A stretch of 61,967 nucleotides of DNA, the filler included, from Collodictyon triciliatum (lineage: Eukaryota), in assembly GCA_043381765.1 (NCBI GenBank). It is 5 parts of 5 records of this genome, joined end to end, with 100 filler letters (N's around TTAATTAATTAA, not from the genome) between each part and the next. Parts side by side here need not be neighbours in the genome. Positions count along the whole stretch, not along the records: positions 1 to 15,270 come from JBHJMP010001696.1; 4 more parts are not named here. One strand, written 5' to 3'. Position 1 is the first letter of the stretch. Each line of letters starts with the position of its first letter. Made by a program: the position numbers and the translations under genes. A model generated the notes under the pieces. The model had not been told where the DNA came from. It saw only the letters and a program-made list of their open reading frames with translations, and did no database searches. Shown one piece after another: positions 1 to 10,569 of this stretch.

Positions 1-2
1 GA

Positions 3-78
<76 letters not shown>

Positions 79-98
79 AAAAAAAAGAAAGAAAGAAA
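1..98. repeat. (GAAA)n intronic microsatellite
   Basis: Direct reading. Confidence 0.95.
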
Positions 99-117
99 GG
101 AGAAAGGACAATCATAC

Positions 118-3100
118 CTTGAGGATGATTCTCTCAGTCCTCGCAAGAAAGCTGCGCTAAAGTAGCGACTACGAGCAGCTAGAACAACTTTGTGCGCAGG
201 TATACCACCGTCATCCAGAGTAACCCAAATATCATGGCTTTCATCCGTCATTACTATTAACGAAAGGAATTCACCCATCAAAAATTGAATGATAGTAAAT
301 CGGTTGTAAATACAAAGAAATAAAGGCAGAAGACTGTATATTCATGTCAACTAAGCTTTTGGTTTATCGAATAAAGGTAGAAAAAAACTAAAGTTTTGGT
401 TAAATGGATTTTAAGGTGCGTAATTTTTTTTCTTCAATGCAATTTTAAACCTTTCTTCATATCCGCTTGGTATGTTGATGAGAATTCCTCAGATACTTTT
501 TCTAAAAGGCATTTATGTTAGTTTTACCCATCTTCCTTTCCAAGAAAAAAATTATTGTTTGGTTCATCACCCCGGACTACCTGATGTGGGTGCTGCGGTC
601 CCTGCTGAACCATGGCTTGCGTCTGGATCAACAATGAAGCCAAGGTTCTCCATCAGTTGGTTGATTTCACTATTACCCAGGCGACTGGATACTAACAACG
701 TGATAGGCACGACAGATGTCTATGGACAAAATAAAAAAAATTGGTATAATTATCGTATTGTATCGATACACTAGTGAGGATGAATTAAGTTATTCTTGAC
801 TACAGAAGAAAGACAAACAGTGTAATCGCGGTATTTGTGGAAAATCCATCCGAGGTCGTTAGTCAACATCATTATGATATCTTGAACTTTGAATTTGGTG
901 TTATGCTCCTCAATTTTACCCTTAAACTTCCTTAAACCCTGAATGAACGCCCCTTTTATAGATCAAAATCATTTTAGAATAATCGAATGAATACAAAGAA
1001 CTAAATGTCAGGAAACCTTCTTTTTTTTTTAAAAATCATTTAAAATACAGTAATTTTGAAATGGATTCTACTAACCTCTCATGTTTGCAAAACCTTCTAA
1101 TCGACGTGCAACCTTTTCCTTTTTCTCTTGGAGACTCAACAGGAGAAATCGATCCTTTGCGATTGTAGGGTAATATTTAGGTAAAATAAGCAACATCATG
1201 GATTCTTAATTTGACAAATTTTTGTTTTTTCTATCACTGGTATATGTGATTGGAATTGATAAATTTAAATTACAGCAGAGCTTCTTTCAGACTCCCTTTG
1301 CAAGAAAGTTTTCAACTTTCTGCCAGTATGTGCAAACTAAAAAAAAAAAAGTGAATTGTAACATACTATTTAGTATGTGTGTGTTCTGGCTAACTAATTT
1401 CAGTAAACAATTATAAATACCTTATTCATTTGGTAGGCAAGTTTCAATTGCTTGACAGAAGATTTGGATTTAAGTTCCCTTTCGATACTGATAGACGCCT
1501 CATCCAAAAGGTTGATAACTACACAAAGGAGAAAGAAAAAAAAAAGCGTTCATACGTATGTGAGCTTGATATTTTCCCTTTTTCTTCTATTGGCATCGAC
1601 AAAATTATAAGACATATGTTATGAATTCTTTATTCTGGAATAAATGTAACACAAGTGAGAGAAGGAGGAGGATGTGTACGTTGGATCGAAATAACTTCTA
1701 TAATGTACAAGAGAGAAAGGGGTACCTTCTTTGATGTTCCTTAGGAGGTCATCCACAAATTTGATGCTCCTGGAGACAATTAAATCCTGGTCGGACGATG
1801 CAGAGTCGTACTTGCGGTCGATGGATGATGCTGCTTCAGCAAGTCTCTAAAAACAGAGTAAAAATTTGTAAATCCTCAAATAATGACTAATTCAGCCCAT
1901 TTTTCTTGTTTGTGATTAACATATTCAATTTGACTTTGATTTTCTTCCTTTTCTTTTTCTTTCTTTTTCTTTAGAATTGAATTTACAATTCCGATAGAGA
2001 TCAGCTTTCGGAAATTCTCGTCAATGCTTTTAGCCAAGGATTTTCTCTAATGTAAAAGAAGATAAATTTTTAATAGGGAATAAAAGGTAAGCTACCAAGC
2101 TATACAATCAAAAAAAAAAAGTCTGAAATATGAACCTAGTCTTATTAACCTATATTACCCACCTCACGTTTTGACGATTCCCTCATTTGAGAAGGCACTT
2201 TACTAATTGCAAAGAATACCTTCAAAACACCTTTGGCGACTGGGATTATAATGTGCGATTATTACTTTTTTAAAAAAAAAATCGTGTAATTCTTTGATTC
2301 CACATATTAGAGTAAGTTGCTTCGATACGATATGAAATATGTGAAAGAATATATTGTACGAAAATAATGTGCCGGCCGTGAATACGCACAAAAGAAGGAA
2401 ATATGCGAATATAAAATAAGAATTCACGGGATCGGATGAGATTCCATTTAGATTCTTCAAAGAGAGCGTCAGAAGCTGTCATATCCAGGTTTTGCATGAT
2501 AGTGATAACATTTTCAAGCTCTTCAAGTCCACCCTCAAGATATAAAACTATGTCTAGAGAAGCAAGTGCATGAATTCTCATATAGTAGTAAATGAATAAA
2601 TAAATAAAAAAGTATAAATGAAAAAAAAGGTAAATTTGATTCTAGAAATGAGAAAAAAATAAAATAAAGACAGCGTTGGAGAAAAATACAGCTAATTGTT
2701 TGGTTTAATGTACCTTTCGAAGCGGATGAAAATCGAATGGCGCGCTCACACATTTGTTGCAACTTTGAGAGCTTACATTTTTCGGCCACTTTGAGCAAAT
2801 CCTTTAGTTGGCTAACATCAAACTCTTTCAAATCGACATCATCTTGGTACAAGAACTGAAAGAGGCCGAATACGACGTTGAAAGGATACATGGAAAACGC
2901 GTTTTTTGTCTTGGACCCGTTGATGCCATGCTTCTTTACTTTTTTAGCGATATACTCAGAACGATGCGTAGCTATGACCTGGTTTACAAACAATAATAAA
3001 TAATCGAATATGTGAAGCAAGTTGGGGATTTTCCTAAGGCATGCATTGATGTGACCCACATACTCTATGTGCCCGCACAACGCGACCATCAGACGTTTTG

Positions 3101-3890
3101 AACGTCATATCACTGAAAAATTCACCATCGGTAGAATTTGTTGCCTTGGCAAGGGCTTCGCTGAGACTGGGCATATCTGTAGCAAGGGCTCTGTTTGCGA
3201 GAGTTCATATTTACGTCAACCAATAATAGGATTTATTTGCAGTGAGGTGAAATTTTCATAAACAAATATGTTTATAACGTGAGTAGACATCGTCAACTGA
3301 CCCTTTATTTTTCTGGGGAAAAATGCGACATAAATGAAGTGAAAAGAAAAACAAACTCTGGTTCTTCGTCGCGTACGCAGGAAAGACGTACTCGGCCATG
3401 AGTCACTGCCATCTCTATCACTAGCGTACTTGTCTCTTCGACGTACTTAAAAGATCCTGCAAGAGGGCCACCTCTTAAACGCTCAAATGTCACCTCACCG
3501 TCATGGCGCAATTTGTAGCTCTTGATTGCATTCAACTACCAAGCGTTGCTTCAGTGAGTCTTTCGAAGAAGAAACAAAAGCTAACGTCTCTCTGAATATA
3601 ATAATAAAAAAAAGGAAATAAAAGGAAATATAACAAAGAGAGAAAGATATAAGCGGGTAGAAAGGAGGAATACGCGTCTGACTTTCGGTAAATGAACCGC
3701 TTACTTCCATGTGATTGACAAATTGCTCTCCTAGGACAGGGAGGAACTCTATTTCCTGGTTTTCATCAAAGCTGACAACAAGCGAATCGACAACATCTTC
3801 GAGCGGCGGAAGCGCGGCGCCGATCAGAGCCTCTTGTTTGGTTACGCGCCATGAACCCACAAGGACAGATGCAAGGTTGGTTGTGCTCAT
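118..3890 (-). CDS. Multi-exon protein with two BTB/POZ domains and an N-terminal lipocalin-like segment; 3' end runs off the window start
   Basis: ATG 3890 (MSTTNLASVLVGSWRVTK). Spliced BTB1: FSDMTFKTSDGRVVRAHR|VIATHRSEYI...FQFLYQDDV...LLKVAEKCKLSKLQQMCE (~2715-3190). BTB2 exon ~118-253: SHDIWVTLDDGGIPAHKVVLAARSRYFSAAFLRGLRES. GT-AG phases consistent where checked; middle exons only partly resolved. Confidence 0.85.
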
Positions 3891-5006
3891 GGCGGGCTCA
3901 ACTTGTCTGTATGGTTTTGTACTTGGAGAGTGATAAGAATCCTGCTTGAGAGCTCTCGTGATTTTCTTTTTCTTTTCTCTTTTATTTAAAAAAAAGTATT
4001 TGCCTGTTCACGGGCGAAAGATGGAAAGGGGGGAGGGGGAGAGAGAGGAGAAGAAAAGAAAAAAAACAGAGCAGATGAGGTATAAGGGCTCGACAAGTTA
4101 ACGCAAAACATAACCCGATGAGTTTTGCGTGGTTGGTTGTGGCACTGTTGAATGAGAAGATATTTGTGGTGTGACTCGGCTCTATGGATCATTACTTGGC
4201 TCTCTTCGTTGGAGAGAAAGGCCGAGAACTAACAGCGAAGGCGAGCGGCGCCAGGGAGTTATAATTAAATAGACTGCTTCACCGTTTCTCTCTTTTCTGT
4301 TGTTGGTTGGGTTTGACAGCACAGCTTTTCGTGGAAAGATTCTAGGGTGAGTGCTTTGCGGAAAATGTCGGAGAAATGGTAAGTTTTGGGTATTAAGGAA
4401 GCCAAGAAATGGCATTACATTCTATTCCACAGATGTATATTGCCAATTCTAAATTAATTCGACGAACTATAATAATATTTAATAAAATATCTTATTTGAA
4501 TAAAAGACATTTTTCATTATGAATATCATGTAATGAGACCCATATTATATCATCTTCACAAATCCAATTGTGGAATCATAGACTGTACTTGGTAAAACGC
4601 ATTAGGAAATGTACCAGCAAAATCCTCATATATATTCCGAGGTATTTGCCTTCCAGTCTCTCTCTGTGTGGGTGTGCTCAGGGTGTTGTGGTGTGTGGAA
4701 TTTCCTTTCATCCAAAATGGTCAAAAGGGGCGCACTGTATATACATTGACAGATAATGCATGGAAAGTACGACAGAACGACACTACAACACGAATAACAC
4801 CACAAAGAGCAGACCCTGCGGAGGCAGTCTTTTGAGGTTTCTTGCCAAGGAAACGTCGACCCCGCACAGGGTTAGCAACATATTTTGTAAGGAATGAGAC
4901 ACGGCTTGTCACTTCAAATGACTTAGTGGCAGTGCAAACTCTTCTTTGCTTTTCGCGCTCTCACATTGCCATTCTTCCTAGCCGCTGTACAACCTCTTGT
5001 TAGAAG

Positions 5007-8000
5007 ATGAACCCGCCCACCCCCAACTCCACACCAACACTCCAGTCAAGTACAAACACGCAAACGACACCCAACTCGGACACAACAATACACATGGACA
5101 GCTTGAGTAGCTGTCAGCTTGATTGGGTTACCAGCGACTGGTTGCTGGACACAAGCAGCTCATACCCCAGCGACTCTGTGTTTACAGGTAACAAATGCTT
5201 TCTTTTTCTCGTCTCCCCTTTTCTTTTCCGCCTTCGCAGAGTTGCCGGTTATATTTCGACACACATGCACAGAACCTTGCCTCACACGGCTTCGAAAGCC
5301 CAGCAGCGACACCAGCCCAACAGTTTGGAATGCATGCTGGGGACGTGAAAGGCCAGGTGGTGCGAGAGAATATGTACGGTACAAAACAAACAGACATGCC
5401 CACCCAGGAAAGCGTTGCAATCAGGAATGTCCATTTACGGAATGTTATATTACAATGAATCGACACACATTCAGAAATAGATTGCATCATCTATATCCAA
5501 ATCTGAGCATTCACCACAGGCCAACACAAGCAAGCCACATTCATTCGCCACAGCTACTTATTGATCAAACTCGCAAGGCAGGCTTGATGGGTGTGCATTG
5601 CCACTTGTTGTGAAAGGCGCTCGATCCGCGACTAAGACGCAGCCGTGAACGAAGACCAGGCTTTTCCCATAGAATAAGGGCCACCCAACGAGCAAAGAGG
5701 CGGCATTGCTGGCATGCCAAAAAAAAAAACACTCTTGGACGAGAATATGCCAGCACCGAACGTGGCACAAACAATCCATCGTCCGAATGCAAATGATCGG
5801 GCCCAAACCAACGACAAAAAAACAGCAAAACGCAGCCTGCCCGCTTCCCCCACACACGCACATACAATATATTTCACACAGGACTCGTTTCATGTCTTTC
5901 ACCGCAAGGCCGGTCACTGATCAACCTCCCCGCATTGCCCAACCTCTCCTCTCCATCTCTGCAGCCGCCCCGACCGAACAACCCGCCCCCGCGTGCCTGT
6001 GCTGCGACCCGGACATCCCACGACTCTTTACCGCCATGGACACAGCCACAGCCACAGCCACAGCCACAACCGCCGACAAGTCGCATCCACTGCAAGCCGA
6101 CCACGAGGCCACACCCCCGCCGGCGAAGAAGACCCGCCACGTCGACGCCGGCGCCGGCGCCGTTGCCAAAGTAGACACAGCCCCGGCCACAAACGCAAAT
6201 GCCGTCGCCACTGCAGCAGCCACACCCGCCAGAGAGATCCCAACGCTGCGGCGGGTGACGTCATCGATCCAGATCTGCTCGCTGCGCGCCGTGTCTGCCG
6301 GGGACGAGGCCGCCACACCCGACGATCGGTTGCCTCATTCGTCCTTTGCGCACGCGTCGTCTGTGTTTGCCGATTTTGCGCCGCCACAGCAACCGCCACC
6401 GCCACAGTTACAGCCACATCCGGCAGACCCATCCACGTGGGGCCGCGACATGCTGCTTGCCTGGTGCCTCAACTCGCAGAAGCTCATGACAAAGACGCAG
6501 ACCACACACCTGCTGCACCAGACCCTGGCCGACACAGCCACAGCCACACACGCGCACAGCCACATTCCACCGCCGGATGTCGACAGCCCGTTTGTGGCAG
6601 CACCGCCTCGCGTGAGGCGCGCAGAGGTATTTCCCATTCAATCGCACCCTTGTTTTGGCATGATTTAGCCACGCCGCAGAGAGAAAGATACAGAATGAAC
6701 CCAAGTGAACGTCTCTTCCGTCTCTGAGTCGCGCTAAACTATAGGCGGGGGTGTCTCCCGTGGCAGCAGCGGCCTTCGACCCGCGGCGGACGGCGCCGTG
6801 TCCAGAGGCGTTTGCACCGCCGACGGTGCCGCGGGAGTGGATGCAGCCGAACGAGCACGTGCGCGCACACGAGGCAGACCGCATCGCGCTGACCGACACG
6901 CAGATGATCGAGCACCTTGCACGCGCCGCCGACGAGATGGCCCAGCACTACAGGCCACAGCCCCACCACATGCACGCGCCACACGCACCACAGTTCTGGC
7001 TCCCAGCGGCTGACCCCGCCAGGGATACCCGCCCTCCGCTGCGCCCCACGGGCCACACCACGCCACACACGGCCACAGTCACAGCCACAGCCACACAAAT
7101 ACCTCCTGCCAACGTGCTCAGCGATGAAGATGGTGGTACGTCTGTAATGCCCCTCTGTAGATGTAGTTTTCTAGGCCTTATGCTCACTCCTCCCTCGCCG
7201 AATCATACCAGAAACGACAAAGCAGGACGGCGACAAATCTAGAGTTTGTGCTGGATGCAGACTTCCGAAGAAACGCGTTTATCGCTATCTCGGTGCTGCT
7301 TCTCCCGTCTGCAATGGTGAATGACTATTTTTGTTTTGTTCTGTTTCTGGGGCAGATCTACTCAAAGCATCCCTTCCAAACCGAATTGTATTGAATTATT
7401 GCTTACAATATTCTAGGGGAAATGAATAGAAAATTACTTTGAGATTTTCTGCTATATGTCGTTACTATGTGTTATTATTGTTGTTATTATTGTTGTTATT
7501 ATTGTTGTTATTATTGTTGTTATTATTGTTGTTATTATTGTTGTTATTATTATTATTGCGATGCTTATGAAATCCACTTTGTCTTACTTTCTTTCTTTCG
7601 TATCTGAAGCATGTAATCAGCACTGGAGGAGACACGCCCATGATTGCTCCCTCTGCAAGCAGCTGTTTTTATTAGGGGCAAACATCTATCTTCGTGGTAT
7701 TGACATCCCTGCCTATAGAGCTCGGCAGCAGGTACATGCTCCTAACTTTTGTGTCATATTCGAAGTATTGCGTTCTTTTCACGGATGACATCTTATACCA
7801 TCGCAATTGTTGGAGGGAACCTGATAAAAAAAAAGAATATACATTACAAACGACGATAATTCTGCTAGATACAAACACATAAGAGAATAGCATAAGACAT
7901 CCCCATATTTCTAATATCCTTACTTAATTACACTTGTTTTTTTTTCTCTTGATTTTTGCTGCCTTCCCCCAAGGTTGTGTATGCAGGCTTAGCTGCTGAT

Positions 8001-8421
8001 ATGGCCGAGCCTTATCGACCCGATATCCAAGATTATCCACACGTCCAAACTCCATACTACCGGAATCCCAAAGGACTTCTCCAACCCTCCCATCAGTATT
8101 ATATAGACGAGCCGGAAGTATTTCATCAGGATGTAATGCCTTCTATTTTACGTTTTTATCTTTCCTTTTTCATGTTCTGTATTGATAGGATTAACGTTAT
8201 CCAACTTTTAATGAAAGACGGCATTTCCAAGCCAATCCACCTTCTTTTTTTTTTCCCCCTTTTATTCGATTCAAAGCCAATCCACCTTAACTCGTTGAAC
8301 AAAGACCGAATCTGACAACCAGCCGCATAACCAAATTCATTAGATGACATACGCTCCGGCTCGTGTCCAACGGAGAGATTATTCTCGCTTAACTTCAGAC
8401 CTACGCTCGCGTGACGTTTAG
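5007..8421 (+). CDS. Multi-exon low-complexity protein with a divergent GATA-type C-X2-C-X17-C-X2-C zinc finger (putative transcription factor)
   Basis: Exon ~7212-7316 spliced (GT 7317, AAG 7609) to exon 7610 gives VCAGCRLPKKRVYRYLGAASPVCNACNQHWRRH. Large Pro/Ala/Thr-rich exons at ~5693-6627 and 6745-7136. Start, exons around 5450-5690 and the last exon are tentative. Confidence 0.65.
7470..7557. repeat. (GTTATTATTGTT)n in the intron that splits the zinc finger
   Basis: Direct reading. Confidence 0.95.
8229..8288 (-). mobile_element. Very short retro-like insertion with a 15-bp target-site duplication in a GATA-gene intron
   Basis: AAGCCAATCCACCTT at 8229-8243 and 8274-8288 flanks a 30-nt insert reading TGAATCG-AATAAA-AGGGGG-poly(A) on the minus strand. 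Confidence 0.5.
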
Positions 8422-9018
8422 TCATCCTATATTCGCCCAGCAGTCTTATGGCTATTCCCCGGACTGACGCCGTGCTCGAATCCGATGATTTTCGTTTCTT
8501 GTATTCAGGGGTGCTTTGAGTTTCTACCAGCTTTTGGCTGCTCCGTGGTATAACAGACTCACTCAACAAGAACTGGTCAAAGCGCCTCCCTTGAACTAGG
8601 CAAACCTTCATCTCCTGTCTGGCAATGATGAAACATTCATTACACATAGTGTCCTTGTATTCCCTTCGATTAGTTACGCTTCTTGATTGGCTTCATCCCA
8701 GCACCTCATTTCATCTTGTGCCTGGTGTATTTATATAATTCTCGGCCTTCTGCATACTTTCAAATAAAACCCTATTTTCGTTTGCTCTTTTGATGCTTTA
8801 ATCGAGACAACAGCAGGTTTAAAAAAGACACTATAAAATGATACACCCTACACCCAATAACCAATATAATTATTATTTTTTTTTGACGTGATTGTATCGT
8901 TGAACTTGACTTAAAGTTCAGACGAGGCGAAAGAATACGCACCAATCAGACTACCCAGGACGAAAGCTCCACATAGTTCTTTGGAATGGTTGACCACATA
9001 AAGTTTGAAGATTATGTA

Positions 9019-10471
9019 TTAGCACGTTGCTGGCTTGAAGCTATCTCCCCATCCAGTTTTTACGGCAAAGTCACTCAGCAGCAAATCCAGGGAACGGTAA
9101 ATAGGTCTAACAGAATGGGCAGGGTATAATGAACTCAAGTCAATACTTTAAATATTTGGACTGAAAGTGCAGCCGTTCGAACTCTCCAAATTGAAAATTA
9201 TTTTCACAATTCCATTGGAAAATAAAATAAAGTAGGATAGATGAGATTCAAATTGGCGATAAACAAACATATCGTGTCGTAAAACGGTAAACGTCGTAAC
9301 AAAAAAAAAAAAAAAAAAATAGTAAGAAAATACTAAATCAATCCATGCCAATAGCAGTAAACGAATAAGATGAAAGAAAAATTAGGTAATGACGAACTTC
9401 GTTTCCTGCATTTTGCCATTTTCGGTAGAGAAGATAATGAATCCTTGTCCTTTTTTGCTCGCTTGTTGGTCTTGAGATTTGGCAATGGATATCACTTCGT
9501 GGAGGACGTCTTCAGGGCTATGAAGGGCTCTGTAGGACAGGATCAACCCCCATATAATCTTAGGGTCATCAGAAAAGCGAAGTATGAAAGAGCCGTATGG
9601 CTGCTTCAAGAGCATAGATGTGGCGTTTTCCTCCGTCAGCAAGCCATGGATTCTATTAGAAATGGTGTACAAAATGTCATTATCCGAACCAAAATAAATA
9701 AAATAACACAATTCTCATTTGATTTTTGTATCCCTTTATTCGATTCAAAGAACAAACTCATTTAATATTATCGAATGACGCTATTTAAGTTATTAACAAA
9801 CATAGATACAAATATAGATTTCACGATTCAGGAAAGATTTTCAATATGTACCATATGTCCTTATTGAATAAATTTATTTGTTAATTACTTTATTTAGGTC
9901 AAAAGGAAATATAACATTTGTCAGCTCACCTCCCAGACTCCCACAACGCACAAACATTTGGCTCATTAATAAGATTTAAAAACTTCCCCATCCATCCACT
10001 AAACTTGCTCAAGCATGATAAATGATTCTCAAGTGATAATTCCATGAGACTCCTCCTATCTATTGGTAAAGCACGCGAGCATGAACAAGAGCGTGTCGCA
10101 GAGAATATTAATTGTTCTAGCACTCATTAAAAAATAAAGAAGTAATAATCAAGTAAGAGAAACTGTCTGCCCAAATGGTTATCAGATGACATTCAAACAT
10201 AATTTTCATGCAAATAGATATATGAATTTCAGCCGTGCATCAAACCTACCAGGTATTGTTAGCCTGCCTATTTTCTCGAGAAAGTGAAATCCATAAAGAG
10301 AAAGCTCGTTTCTTTTTCTCTCGATTACTTTTTTATCAACGTAATTCTCCATAAGATATGTCATCAACTCCTCCTGTTCGATTTTATAAGTATCCGACTC
10401 ATTCGAGTATTATGTTTTTAGCGCAGGTAACATAATAAAAAAAATAGCAAAGAGAGTATTTGATTTGGTGC

Positions 10472-10569
<98 letters not shown>

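Noticed and set aside
5874-7187. Many overlapping antisense and alternative-frame ORFs
   Set aside because: Expected in GC-rich, stop-poor sequence; no motifs.
8156-8647. 163-aa minus-strand ORF between the GATA and STAT genes
   Set aside because: No recognisable motif, and it runs antisense through an intron and exon of the GATA-like gene.
10398-10400. GAG 3' splice site in the STAT-like gene
   Set aside because: An in-frame CAG 24 nt downstream works equally well.
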